From: Monocercomonoides exilis PA203
Taxonomy: Eukaryota; Protista; Preaxostyla
Assembly (NCBI GenBank): GCA_001643675.2
Contig: LSRY02000027.1
Span: forward strand, 620,001-684,000
Direction of reading: 5' to 3'
Length of the DNA: 64,000 nt
Shown here: positions 36,202 through 51,200 of the stretch, one piece after another
How positions within the stretch are numbered: the first letter of the stretch is position 1
How the letters are laid out: each line of letters starts with the position of its first letter
Translations under genes and position numbers: made by a program
Notes under the pieces: model-generated
The model's database searches: none
What the model was told of the DNA's origin: nothing
Seen by the model: the letters and a program-made list of their open reading frames with translations, nothing else

Positions 36202-39200
36202 TTACTGCTCAGCCTGACCAAGCCCTTCCTCAATTGCAACTTGAAAATCTGTATCTGTTCCAGCAAACGTTAGTTCCTCTGGAACAGCCTCTTCTTTCTT
36301 ATTGTGCTTCTTCTTCTTCTTCTTTTTCTTCTTTGGTTTTTCTGTTATTATTTCTTCATTTGTATCCTTTTCTTCAATGAGATGTTGTGCTTCCTCCTCA
36401 TTCTGCTCATTTTGCGTCAAAGAAACATCAGCAAAGTTCTGTGTATCAGCCACTGCCAACTCTTCGGCTTTAGTCGAATTCGTTGAAAGAGTGATATCAT
36501 TCAGTGCTTTATCATCAGTTGCTGTTGATGCTGACAACTGGCTGGCATCTGGTGGCAACAGATCTCCAATAAGTTCATCAAGCTGAATAGGCACACCTGC
36601 AGATGGATCAGCATTCACTTCTTCTTCAGTACTCTTTTGATGCTTCTTCTTCTTCTTCTTCTTCTTTTTCTTTTGAGGTTGCTCTTGTTCCGTTTCTCCA
36701 GATACAACTGCTGGATTCTCTAATTCATTGTCATTGACAGCTGCATTTGTTTTGCTCTGTTCTGTTTGTTCTGAATCAATAATCTCTTCAGATTTTGTTT
36801 GTTCGGATATTGCAATTGTCGAATTTGCTCCAATTGAATCTTCACGAATTATTTCCGAATCAACAGCATCATTTGCGAAAGGAGCCATGCCATCTGATTC
36901 TCTTTGAGTTGAACTTTCAATAGCTTTTTCTTCATCTCCAAATAATGTGAATGGAGTGCTTGATGCTGAAGAAGATGCGTGATAGTATTCTGGCAATTTG
37001 TCCTTTGCAACTTTTTCGTCAGCAGGTGGTGCCAAAGAATCTGAAGAAATCTTTGCTCCTTCCTCAGGCTCTCTATCTTCTCCTATCTCCTGTTCATCCT
37101 CGTTTGCTTCCTGCAAACGCTTCGACTTCTTTCCTTTTCTGCGCTTTCCTTTCTTTCCCTTCTTTCTGCCCTTCATATTGGAAGTGCCAATATCGTCATC
37201 AAAGCCAGGAATCATGATATCGTCATCCTGCATAGCCGAAAGAGGAGATATTGTGTGTGCGTCTGTCAAACTGTCTGGAGAATTTGTCATGACACCATCT
37301 TGTTGCAACGAGTTTTCTAGCAAAGTTGTTTCTAAAAGCTTTCTCATAATGTCTTCTTCCAAAGAGTCGCAAAGCGAATCAGTTTCGCCAATGTCAAACT
37401 GGCTGGTTGCCAAATTAGTGCTGGATAGAGTACAATTCATACTTTGTGCAGCAGAATCGCTTTCATTTGCAAGAAGCGCAGCTGTGGACGAGTTAGAATT
37501 TAAATCAGCAGAATTGTTTCTATTTGCATGCCTCTTCGATTTCTTTTTCAACGGATATAGAGGCTCAGTTGTTCCAAACATGTCAACATCATGCGATGCT
37601 TCAGATGATGAGCATTTGTTGCTATCATCATCGAATAAGCAGCCATTTATCTCGCCTGGACCGTCTGACAGGTTTATTGAACCAGGCGAAGATATCCCAA
37701 GCTCTTTTCTTTTGAGTTCAGCTTCTTCAAACTTCGACACATCGACTCTCTGAATGACAACCGACGAGTCACCACCTTTGGACGATGTTTCGCTCACAGG
37801 ATTCATCACAATTCCAAGTTCGTCCATTTCAAAGGTGTGAATAGATCCTTTAACTTCTGCCTCGTCTTCAAACTCGTCAGATTCAATAGCAGATGTCTTC
37901 TTTGATTGTCTGCTCTTCGCAATCACTACTGCAACAATCACAGTCACAATAACAAGAGCTCCAATGACAATCAAAATAATCCACCAAGGAAATGACTTTG
38001 TTGAAGACTTGGAATATCTGTTGTTCCCTTCATTCCCATCATCAGTTACATCTGGAATGGGATCCGGTGTTGGATCAGTAATTACGATAATATCTTGCAA
38101 AAGAATATATTCCGTCCTCACAACGCTCACGCCGTTCGAATGTAACTCTGATGTTGAATGCTCCTTCAAATTCAGCACAGCTCGTGCCCAGATCTGAGTT
38201 TTTTCCATTTCAAAGGCTAATTGAAGTTGGGATATTGAAGCCTTGATCATAAATACATTTTGATTCACAAAGATGCACTCCGCAAATGACAATGGAACCG
38301 TTTGCTTTTCGGCCATCGCATCAGTTGTGTCCAAAGAAAAGAGCTCGAATGAAGCAAGGCACGGAAGAAGATTGCTTCCGACAAATCTGATGAATACTTG
38401 ATCTTCGTCTTCTGCCCTGTTAATTGAATTCACGTGAGGTCTGCAAAATTGATAGACTTTTTGAGGAAATGCTTTTAATGTCTCCTCAGATAAATCTTCG
38501 CTCTCTTGCAATCTCTGACCAACCGAGCCATTTATCGTGCAGCCGCTATTCTGCATCCAAAGTTCGAGGTATTCTCCTTCCAGTAGATTGTCTGGATCTC
38601 TCAATCCAGACTCATCAGAATACGAATCAATAATAAGAGCTCCTTTTTCACACAAAATGTTCCTATGAACAGAATTGTAGTCAGCATTGTTGATGGTGTT
38701 GTTAATGAATGCACAATTTTCAAAATGAGTTTCGCCTTCAATTATTGATAGTGCACCAATCGACGAATTAGCAAACGTAACTGAACTAATCGTAGAAAGA
38801 CAATTTCTGAGAGTAATAAGTGATCCCTCAAATTTACAGCTGAAATCTTCTTCAAAGTCTGCTTCATTATTTTCAGAACTAGCAAAGCCATTCAATCCTG
38901 ATATTGAACAATTAGACATTCTAATTATGCTTTCTGAGATGTTCAAAACTGTTCCATTTCCATGGACTTTATTGTTGCAACACAAATTTGAATCTTCAAT
39001 AAATAAAGCGAATGAAGAGAGACATAACAATGATTTTGAGCCATTCTGAGTGGCGTTTGCTAATTGCATTTTCGTTATGCTAGCATTTGCCCAGAATAAT
39101 TCGGTTGTTGAAGAATTGCTTAAAATGGAAGCAGAGGAAAATATTACATTATCAAAGACAAGTTCATTCAAATACAAATCCAACAAGTTCTCTCCATATG

Positions 39201-42200
39201 CAATTATTGAGGTATTTATAAATTCAGTGTTTTTGCATGTCACACAAGACATTGAGCATCTTCCGCGGTTCAAGGAGAAAATGTAATAGTTAATCATTGA
39301 GGAAGTGGAATCGAGGCATTCAAGCTCACAGTCGTTTATTCTCAAATAATTCGTTGATTCAATAAACGCTAAATGTGTTTGGAATGCATCTGGAAGTCTA
39401 ATTGTGAGATTGCTTATCGTTAGGTCAGTGTCTGCTGTAATAAGCGCATAAGCATCACCTGAAGCATTGGAACTTATGTTCCATCCGCTCAATTTTGTGC
39501 CTCCTTTGATTAAATAGATGCAATCACTTGCTTTAATCTCTTCTTCAAAGGCAATTGAATCCAACACACATATTTTTTTGTCATCTTCTTTTCTGCTAAA
39601 TGAGTACAAAAGTGTCAGGCAAGAAAAGTCGTTAAACCCACACACATTGACATCCAGGCCACTCGAAGAAACAAACACAAATTCGTCCAATTCTCTCACA
39701 TACAATGGCAATGAAACAGATGGCTCGTTATCCGGAGGTTCAGCTCCTTCCATCGAAGAATTATCAATAGTTGGATCATCTATTGAAGGTATCGTCTCGT
39801 TATTGATCACTTCACTCAGAGATGGAGCAATTATGTAGAGATTACGGCCGTGGTCAGCTGAATTGGCGTTTGGAGCATCTTTATCAGGGAAAAATGGTTT
39901 GTTGATGTAAAAGCCTGCATCATTTGACTTTAAAATCAGTAAAATGCCACCACCATTTCCGGTCGAACCGCGAAGAACTGCAGAGCAATTCGCAAATGAA
40001 CAATTCTCTATTCTCACCATTTGATCAGCATCAATCGCACTAAACAGCCCTCCTCCCCCAGTTTCGTTGGCTGTTACGCCGCAGCTATTAAGTGTGCAAT
40101 TGATGATACCAGCTGTATTTGTTCCAGTCCCCCAGCTCTTAATTTCAATCGCTGCTCCTGCTCCTATTTGTCTGATAGATTCTTGAATTGTTGTTAATTC
40201 CACCCTAAGATTTCTTGTTTTTGAAGATGAAATAACAGAACAGTCTTTGCAGCCTATGTGAGTGAATGTGCTTTCGTAAACAGAGACATTGGATCCAATG
40301 CCATTGATAAATGGAACTGATAAATTCAGTGAATCTCCAATACATTTGTCAATATAAACAGAAGTTTCATCAGAAGCGAAAATAAATCCATTTGCCGAAT
40401 CATCTTCAGAAAAAAGACAGATATTTGAAAAGCTACACGAATTCAAATATAATTCATTGTTGGAATTTTCATTGTGAGGAGTGTCAGCGATTATTATTCC
40501 ACAAGCATTTTTAATGCGAATATCATGGAATACGAAATCTTTGAATTTCATTTGTCCTGATTCAACTTTAACGAATGTGTAGGAAATAGTTTGAGTCACT
40601 GAAGTTACAGACCCATCTGCGAGCAAAAATAAGGAGAACGATTCAAACACGGTGTCATGCCCTGTTATTGAGTTTGGCAGAATCAATTGACAATTCTTTA
40701 TTTCAGTATCAATATTCACTTTCATCAAGCTTCCATCAGCTGTCTCATTATGTGCTTCAATTTCAATACAAGCTGCATCATGTTCAGTACCAGCAATTCT
40801 AATAGGGAGCTCTTCAAGTAATGCGTTGTCAGAAATAGTAGATGTGTTCAATACTTGAATCACAGAAGAATCACTGCGAAACTTCAATGCGTAATCGATC
40901 GTAATGCATGGATACAGTTTATATCCACATCTCTTGTTATCATTTCCATATCCTTCCTCAACAAGCGATGAAACAAACACATCTGTAATATTGAAAAGAA
41001 AGACAAATAATGGGATTGTCTCTTCTCTTCCTTCTTCAATGTAATTCCCTCTCAGAGAATTAGATGAAAGATTTTCTTCATTAATAAATGGAAAGCTCGA
41101 AACGGTTATGCATTTCGAAATGTTGGATGAGTTAATGAACAAATCTTTTCCCCATTTAGCCTTGTTGGAGTCAAATGATGGTTCAAAAATGAGAAAATCT
41201 GGATAGCAATTACTTAGATCTACAAATATTCCACCTCCTCTTCCATCCTCTGATTGAGCGCTACAATCTACAAAAGAACACCTCTTGAAATTGAACTGCC
41301 CTTTCGTCTGCAAATAAATGCCACCTCCCATTTCGCTTGATGTACAATTCGAAAAAAAGCAATTTTCCAACAAAAATGATCCGCTTGCTGAAACTGAGAA
41401 TGACTTTTCTAAGCTTGAAGATGTTATGCTTGAAATATTAGTGATGTTGCAGAAGCTGAAATTCATACAATTCGAAATTGGGTTTTCTGATTTAATCAGA
41501 GATGAAGAATCGTCCAATGTAATAAACGACGCTAAGCAATTTGTAATTGAATAAAGAGAATCTTCATTTGTTTGTGAATTTGATGATGAATTAGTGATTA
41601 TTTTTATTAATTCACCTGAAATAAGGCTCATATTATAGATTGAAACGTTATCAATAGACAGAATCGATAACGAAGTGGAAATATTAAATAGAGATGCTTC
41701 TGAATATGCACCATTTTCGCTGTTGTAAAGTCGAACGCTTGAAATAGTTAATTCCCCTTTCACTTTTTCGAGTATTCCTACATTCGTTGATTCACTGCTA
41801 AAAGTGAAGTCGCATTCTCGAACTTTTAAGATTCCTGCAGTTGAATGAATAACGCGCATATAGCCCAATTTTCGAAGGTCAAAAAGAAATCCTCCTATTG
41901 TAATATTTCCGGTCGAGGTGAACAATGAATCGAGCCTTTCCTCACCAGTAGGTGCTGAATATCCAATAGTTACTGGAACAGGATAAGGGTCGCTGCTGCC
42001 AACTCTGCAAAATCCATGAAGTCCTCGGTTCTCAAGTTCACCTTCAAAAATTATTTTTGATATTAATGAATAGGACGAATCAACAAAGAGAATTGTGGAC
42101 GAGACGTTTTTCTCGAATCTGCTTTCAATGATATCTTTGGATCTGCAAGGAGATGATTTCGAACCGCACAAAAAGGTGTCTTCTCCATCTCTAAGAGATA

Positions 42201-45200
42201 AATAAACAAACTCTCCATGATACGCCCAATACGTGTATAAATTGATCGGATCCGCACCGTTCTGATATTTTGTTCCGTAGTAAAATCTGCAATCATCTAT
42301 ATCTGTTACTGGAAGGTAAAAATCAAATTGGGTTACTGGGGCAACTACCTCAAGATCATCGCATTCAACAAATATGTTTTCACCAAACATTGCAGCGTTG
42401 CCGCTGAACAAAAGTGTTGTAAATTGAAATCTATTTGCTTCTTTGGCAATCACTTTCATGAAAATTGCACCTCCCCTTCCTGATGATTCAGAAACGGAAC
42501 ATTCAGTGAAGGAAGATTCTCTAATTTCACAGAAACCATTCGAAGAAACAACAAAGTATTGCGCTCCTCCATTTGTGTATTCGTTGATTAGGTTATTGTT
42601 TGAAAAGTTGCAGTTAGAAATAAATGTTCTCTCATTTTCTTTAATCGCATATTTTCCTAGCGTTCCATTCGATATTCTAGATTCAATGTTTATGAAGCTG
42701 CAGTTTTCAAAGGAAATCTGTGCAGATTGATCATTAGCCTTTGATTTGGCTGTTGATCGCAAAGCCAAAGAATCTCTTTCAAAAAGTTTAAATGGAGCAA
42801 CAGAAAAGTTCAAATCAGAAAGATAACAATTATCCAGAGTAACAGGTCCTGATAGCACTATCATTAACGAACAATAAAGAATTGCATTTCTGTCTTCTTC
42901 TGAAAACGTGACAGATCTCAACTTAGTGCTTTGTGAATTAGAATCAGATTTAATGATCGAAATGAGCGAGCTTGGAAGTTGCCAAGAAATGCAAAATCGA
43001 AGATCAGATAAGCCCAAAGTCTGATTATTAAATATGGCACAGTCAACTACATCAGAGAAAGATGAAGAAATATTAACATTTGAAATTGAAGAATCGTCAG
43101 ATCTCAGTTCGTATCCACTTAACTCTTCTTTAGAGCGTAAAGTGAAATTGGTACAAATGCAGATAGTGAACGAATCGCTTCTTAAATGAAGTTTTGCAAA
43201 ATGGATTGTCTCGCAAGGCTCGCTGGCAGACCCGCACCTCGAAACATCGAGACCTTCGTCAGAAATAAATGTGCTATTTGAGGAATATTCAATCAATAAT
43301 CGAAGAAGATTGAAGTTCACCATCCTTCCATCATTCGTATCATTACCTACAAACGCATTTTCATCATCTGCAAATGCTTCATAGTCAAAATTAAAACTGC
43401 TTTTGCTTACAGACTTGTTGAGATTTGTGCTAATCACAAAAATATTTTTGCCTTTCCAAGCAGAACAATCATTAAATTCAACACTTTTCAAAATTATATC
43501 TTTCGTAGAATTGAGATAAGAATAGATCGCCCCACCATATCCAACAGATTCAATTTCCGCTGTGCATGATTTAAATGAAGAATTATAAATACTGAACTGG
43601 CCATTTTGCTCAGTTAATATGCAAACACTTCCTCCCCTTCTACTTTGCGGAGATGAAACATTTATTAACGAGCAGTTGTTTAGAGATAACGATGAATAAA
43701 CTTGAGTAGAAATAAGAGCTGATGAATTTGTATCTTGAAGTGTTACATTTGTTAATGACCAATCATATAACAAAGCGATACAACTTTCAGCATTTGCATC
43801 AGTTCCTTCAGATTGAGTGAAACAAATAAGTGGAACCTTCGGTAGATTAAGATTTTTTGCTGAAATGTTGATCTCATTCCTTCCTTGTAGAAATGGAGCT
43901 TCAATCATAGAGTGAGAGGGAAAGATTCCTTTGCATATTACATCTTTCATATTCACAGAACCTTTTGCAATTGTAATAAGCGCATAATGAATGTAAGTAT
44001 CAGGATTGTTTTCCTGTTTCTTAAATCCGCAGTTGCATAGTAACAAATTGCTTGCGTTGCAATAGAAAAGAGTATTTGCATTGTTAGTAAACGACTCACT
44101 CAACACAAAATCCAAGTTTGAAAATGATACATCATTTGTCAAACTTATGATTTTGCCTGACGATCCAGATTGAGCGCTAAGACAGTTGAGCTTAGATTGC
44201 AACGAATCAAGAGAATTTACACAAACACCGTCAAGTAAAATTTCTGAGGTTATAGATGATTCTGTGCAAATAATTATTTCTGTTGTGTTGTGTTCGTGAA
44301 TGTTTGATGCAACGTAACAGAAAGAGAGGCAAGGATATTGAATAAAGCCACACACTTCAATATCAATTCCTGCTGCCGACAAATACGCTGTTGTTCCCCT
44401 TTCGAGAAAATAGAAAATCAGAGGAATAATAATATTGCTCTGTGTCTCAATTGAGCCACACATTGAATGAATTGTTGTATTATCGATGTCCAAATACTGC
44501 GCAAATGGCAAGGAGGTATTTGTAATGCACCTTGATAATCTGTCCGAACTGACAAACAAATCATTTCCATATTTCGCAGCATTCGGTTTTTCTCTTTGAA
44601 AATCTGGCTCAGAAACAACAAAAGATACTCTGTTAGATGGAGAACAAATGAAAATACCTCCACCACAACCTGAATTTGGTTCAGTAGATGTAGTGCACCC
44701 CAAAAACGAGCAACAGCCGATGAATGATGCACCGCAAACTGTATTCAAATAAATTGCTCCTCCGCACGAAATAATATCTTTAACAGAAGTATTAGAAAAA
44801 GTGCAATTGAAAACACTAATCTGACAATTGTGATCATATGCATCATTAATGAAAACGCATGAACCATTTTCTTGTAGCGTGCAGATTTTTTGAAAAGAGC
44901 AGTTAGAAATATTCAAATTTGATATGCATCTTCCGTAAACGATGCTGCCGATGTTAAATTGCAATTCAGTAAATCGCGAGTCAGAAATGTTAATATCCAC
45001 GTTATTCGAATTTGCAGCAAATATGTGCACAGTTGAAAAGCTTAGCAAAGATGCAGAAAAATTACAAATACGAATACCTCCTCCACAAATTAGTGCAAAT
45101 CCATAATCAATTTCGTTTTCATAACTTTGAATCCCACAATTGCTCAAATTCAGGGTTTCTGAATCAATCATGAACACTGACGTTCTTCCGTTCAGCGATT

Positions 45201-48200
45201 TAGTCAAATTAAACATTATATTATTGAAATTTGAATTCATTTTTGTAATAATTAGCGCGTCAAAGACATGTTCATTCGGCGATTGTACTGCAAAGCCATT
45301 TGACACAGAGCAAGATAATGAACTTACGTTCCATTCATCACCATCAAACATGTATTCAACATCAAAAGCAAAAGGCTGCGAAATAAACAAATTATGAGAT
45401 TCAGAGCCAAATCGCGATTCGGACGAAATGTTCAAGGAACAGCAAGGATAGTTAGCAAATCCACAGGCAGAGAAATCGGCTCCGCTTGTCCCATTTACAT
45501 AAATCGGCAATGACAAATTCCTCAAATAGAGAACAAGCGGAATAATTAATTGTTCTTCGGTTGTGTCTCTTTCAATTCCTGAATATGATATTTCGTCTGT
45601 TAAATCAATTTCAAAACTAAGTGTTGTAAAATTAATTTTTCTGAACAAATTGCTTGCGTTAACAAATACATTTGCACCCTCGTTTGCCGAACACTGTTCG
45701 AATGTGATGCTGTTCAGCTCGAATTCAGAGGAATCATCTTCAAACAGCAAATAAATTCCTCCTCCAAATCCTTTTGTGCCTTCACCATTGGTTTCCGCAC
45801 AGCAACCACAAAACGAAGATGAATCATTCACAACAATTTGACTTGATCCAGCAAGATGAGCATATATTCCTCCTCCTTTGATGCTTTCTCCAATAACTCC
45901 AATGTTTTTGAAGCTGCACTTCTCGATTAAAATATAAACATCCTCCACCAAATCAGAAGATCCGTATTTGTAGCAAAGCAAACCTCCATTGCCATCCTTC
46001 CTTGTAATTTCAGAAAATGATCCATTCTTCAATGATATGTTTTTCCCTCTGTCAACAATAATTGGTGAACTCTTAAAATGACTGTTAAATCTTAAATCAA
46101 AATCTCTAAGTTTTAAGTCTCCTCCAAGAACTGCTATTATGCTATATGGGATATTTTCAGAATGCGAAGGAAATGAGAAATAAAAATGTGACATCTCCAG
46201 AGAAGAAAATGAGCAGATGAAATATTTATGAACATCGCTCAATTCAATCGGCATCTCAAATATCAAATAACTAAAATTAGTTTCTGATTTGCATAAAATA
46301 AGTCCCTCATGTGAAGCATCCTCGTTATCAGAAATTGATACATTGGCTTCATGATAAAATTCTCCCTTTATACAAACGGCATAGTTTTCAATTAATATTT
46401 CACTACTAATAGTTGACACATTACGAATCAAAATTGTTCCAAAATCGACAGAAATAATCCTTTTCACGCAATACTCGATGCTGTAGCATGCAAAAAATGA
46501 AAACCCACACCGCGAATGGTCTGCCCCTTTGCTGCCGTCCGCATACACCTGCCCCTCCAGCTTGCACAAATAAATATATAACGGTATTACAGGCTCTCCT
46601 CTCCCATCCTCGCTCCCGCTCAGATCATCCAGATCCTCCGGCACCACAGAGGCATCCACAAATCTCATCGATGCCTCATTGATCTTCTGCTCTAGAAATA
46701 CCCCTCCCTCACACTGCACATACACATCCTTCCCATGCTTCGCCTTGTTTTCCCCAGGCGCCCCAAACTTACACCCGCTCGATATTTCAAACTCGCTCGA
46801 TGGCTCCATCAGTCGCAAATATATCCCCCCTCCAAGCCCATCCCCAGTGCTCCCTCCTCCTGCCTGGCATCCTCCAAAATGACTTTCATTTATATGTATC
46901 GCGTCGTTACCGTGCAAACTCGCACAAACACCCCCGCCATTCCCTTCACTCGCGCTCGCATTACATCTCGTTACATTGCACCCAACAATTTCAACGCTTC
47001 TTCTTTGCGCCCTTGCCCCACTGCTTTTCGCAAAAATACTCCCTCCCAGTCCATTGATCCCAACCTCCGTGAATACACATTCTCTTATCCTCGCCGCATT
47101 CCATTCGCTCATCGTAATAAGCATCGTGTCAAATATTAATCTTTCAAAATTACATCTATTAAGATAGAAATCCCCTCGATTGATCACTATCACACTAATT
47201 CTAATATGCGAAGCACCTGATCCCATTCTTATCGAACAATTACTCAGCTCAAGCAACTCTTCCGAACTTATAATCGCTTTCCGCCCTCCATTCATTTCTC
47301 CTTTAATCTCAAAATCCAAATTCGTAAAGTTCGTCCTTAACTTGCATAAAATAAGCCCATCCTGCGTTACAGTGCCGCTATCGTTTATACCAATATTCCC
47401 TCGCTCCTCTTTCGACAAAATATCCACCGGAAATTTCTCAATGCACAGCTCACAACCCACAGATGCAGTGTTCACAACATTGATCTTCGTCAAATTTATA
47501 TCCAATCTCTTCTTCACGCAATACTCGATGCTGTAGCATGCAAAAAATGAAAACCCACACCGCGAATGGTCTGCCCCTTTGCTGCCGTCCGCATACACCT
47601 GCCCTCCAGCTTGCACAAATAAATATATAACGGTATTACAGGCTCTCCTCTCCCATCCTCGCTCCCGCTCAGATCATCCAGATCCTCCGGCACCACAGAG
47701 GCATCCACAAATCTCATCGATGCCTCATTGATCTTCTGCTCTAGAAATACCCCTCCCTCACACTGCACATACACATCCTTCCCATGCTTCGCCTTGTTTT
47801 CCCCAGGCGCCCCAAACTTACACCCGCTCGATATTTCAAACTCGCTCGATGGCTCCATCAGTCGCAAATATATCCCCCCTCCAAGCCCATCCCCAGTGCT
47901 CCCTCCTCCTGCCTGGCATCCTCCAAAATGACTTTCATTTATATGTATCGCGTCGTTACCGTGCAAACTCGCACAAACACCCCCGCCATTCCCTTCACTC
48001 GCGCTCGCATTACATCTCGTTACATTGCACCCAACAATTTCAACGCTTCTTCTTTGCGCCCTTGCCCCACTGCTTTTCGCAAAAATACTCCCTCCCAGTC
48101 CATTGATCCCAACCTCCGTGAATACACATTCTCTTATCCTCGCCGCATTCCATTCGCTCATCGTAATAAGCATCGTGTCAAATATTAATCTTTCAAAATT

Positions 48201-51200
48201 ACATCTATTAAGATAGAAATCCCCTCGATTGATCACTATCACACTAATTCTAATATGCGAAGCACCTGATCCCATTCTTATCGAACAATTACTCAGCTCA
48301 AGCAACTCTTCCGAACTTATAATCGCTTTCCGCCCTCCATTCATTTCTCCTTTAATCTCAAAATCCAAATTCGTAAAGTTCGTCCTTAACTTGCATAAAA
48401 TAAGCCCATCCTGCGTTACAGTGCCGCTATCGTTTATACCAATATTCCCTCGCTCCTCTTTCGACAAAATATCCACCGGAAATTTCTCAATGCACAGCTC
48501 ACAACCCACAGATGCAGTGTTCACAACATTGATCTTCGTCAAATTTATATCCAATCTCTTCTTCACGCAATACTCGATGCTGTAGCATGCAAAAAATGAA
48601 AACCCACACCGCGAATGGTCTGCCCCTTTGCTGCCGTCCGCATACACCTGCCCTCCAGCTTGCACAAATAAATATATAACGGTATTACAGGCTCTCCTCT
48701 CCCATCCTCGCTCCCGCTCAGATCATCCAGATCCTCCGGCACCACAGAGGCATCCACAAATCTCATCGATGCCTCATTGATCTTCTGCTCTAGAAATACC
48801 CCTCCCTCACACTGCACATACACATCCTTCCCATGCTTCGCCTTGTTTTCCCCAGGCGCCCCAAACTTACACCCGCTCGATATTTCAAACTCGCTCGATG
48901 GCTCCATCAGTCGCAAATATATCCCCCTCCAAGCCCATCCCCAGTGCTCCCTCCTCCTGCCTGGCATCCTCCAAAATGACTTTCATTTATATGTATCGCG
49001 TCGTTACCGTGCAAACTCGCACAAACACCCCCGCCATTCCCTTCACTCGCGCTCGCATTACATCTCGTTACATTGCACCCAACAATTTCAACGCTTCTTC
49101 TTTGCGCCCTTGCCCCACTGCTTTTCGCAAAAATACTCCCTCCCAGTCCATTGATCCCAACCTCCGTGAATACACATTCTCTTATCCTCGCCGCATTCCA
49201 TTCGCTCATCGTAATAAGCATCGTGTCAAATATTAATCTTTCAAAATTACATCTATTAAGATAGAAATCCCCTCGATTGATCACTATCACACTAATTCTA
49301 ATATGCGAAGCACCTGATCCCATTCTTATCGAACAATTACTCAGCTCAAGCAACTCTTCCGAACTTATAATCGCTTTCCGCCCTCCATTCATTTCTCCTT
49401 TAATCTCAAAATCCAAATTCGTAAAGTTCGTCCTTAACTTGCATAAAATAAGCCCATCCTGCGTTACAGTGCCGCTATCGTTTATACCAATATTCCCTCG
49501 CTCCTCTTTCGACAAAATATCCACCGGAAATTTCTCAATGCACAGCTCACAACCCACAGATGCAGTGTTCACAACATTGATCTTCGTCAAATTTATATCC
49601 AATCTCTTCTTCACGCAATACTCGATGCTGTAGCATGCAAAAAATGAAAACCCACACCGCGAATGGTCTGCCCCTTTGCTGCCGTCCGCATACACCTGCC
49701 CCTCCAGCTTGCACAAATAAATATATAACGGTATTACAGGCTCTCCTCTCCCATCCTCGCTCCCGCTCAGATCATCCAGATCCTCCGGCACCACAGAGGC
49801 ATCCACAAATCTCATCGATGCCTCATTGATCTTCTGCTCTAGAAATACCCCTCCCTCACACTGCACATACACATCCTTCCCATGCTTCGCCTTGTTTTCC
49901 CCAGGCGCCCCAAACTTACACCCGCTCGATATTTCAAACTCGCTCGATGGCTCCATCAGTCGCAAATATATCCCCCCTCCAAGCCCATCCCCAGTGCTCC
50001 CTCCTCCTGCCTGGCATCCTCCAAAATGACTTTCATTTATATGTATCGCGTCGTTACCGTGCAAACTCGCACAAACACCCCCGCCATTCCCTTCACTCGC
50101 GCTCGCATTACATCTCGTTACATTGCACCCAACAATTTCAACGCTTCTTCTTTGCGCCCTTGCCCCACTGCTTTTCGCAAAAATACTCCCTCCCAGTCCA
50201 TTGATCCCAACCTCCGTGAATACACATTCTCTTATCCTCGCCGCATTCCATTCGCTCATCGTAATAAGCATCGTGTCAAATATTAATCTTTCAAAATTAC
50301 ATCTATTAAGATAGAAATCCCCTCGATTGATCACTATCACACTAATTCTAATATGCGAAGCACCTGATCCCATTCTTATCGAACAATTACTCAGCTCAAG
50401 CAACTCTTCCGAACTTATAATCGCTTTCCGCCCTCCATTCATTTCTCCTTTAATCTCAAAATCCAAATTCGTAAAGTTCGTCCTTAACTTGCATAAAATA
50501 AGCCCATCCTGCGTTACAGTGCCGCTATCGTTTATACCAATATTCCCTCGCTCCTCTTTCGACAAAATATCCACCGGAAATTTCTCAATGCACAGCTCAC
50601 AACCCACAGATGCAGTGTTCACAACATTGATCTTCGTCAAATTTATATCCAATCTCTTCTTCACGCAATACTCGATGCTGTAGCATGCAAAAAATGAAAA
50701 CCCACACCGCGAATGGTCTGCCCCTTTGCTGCCGTCCGCATACACCTGCCCCTCCAGCTTGCACAAATAAATATATAACGGTATTACAGGCTCTCCTCTC
50801 CCATCCTCGCTCCCGCTCAGATCATCCAGATCCTCCGGCACCACAGAGGCATCCACAAATCTCATCGATGCCTCATTGATCTTCTGCTCTAGAAATACCC
50901 CTCCCTCACACTGCACATACACATCCTTCCCATGCTTCGCCTTGTTTTCCCCAGGCGCCCCAAACTTACACCCGCTCGATATTTCAAACTCGCTCGATGG
51001 CTCCATCAGTCGCAAATATATCCCCCCTCCATATCCATCAAGGGCTGTACAACTGCTATAAAATGTGTTTTGTACTGTTGATCCAATTGTTATTTTTCCA
51101 TTATTATTCACTATAAAACTTGTTGCGCTTCCATTTCCATTTTTGCAGCAACACTTTGTAAAATTTGTGTTGTTTATAGTAATGAATTGATTATTTACAG

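Noticed and set aside
47514-48967. ORFs 47514..48665 and 48563..48967 as independent genes
   Set aside because: They are frameshifted pieces of the single 36202..53526 gene.
46463-51031. Tandem array read as a CRISPR array, satellite or mobile element; repeated small plus-strand ORFs
   Set aside because: The unit is exactly one 350-codon protein module with no spacers or terminal repeats. The small ORFs are antisense shadows.
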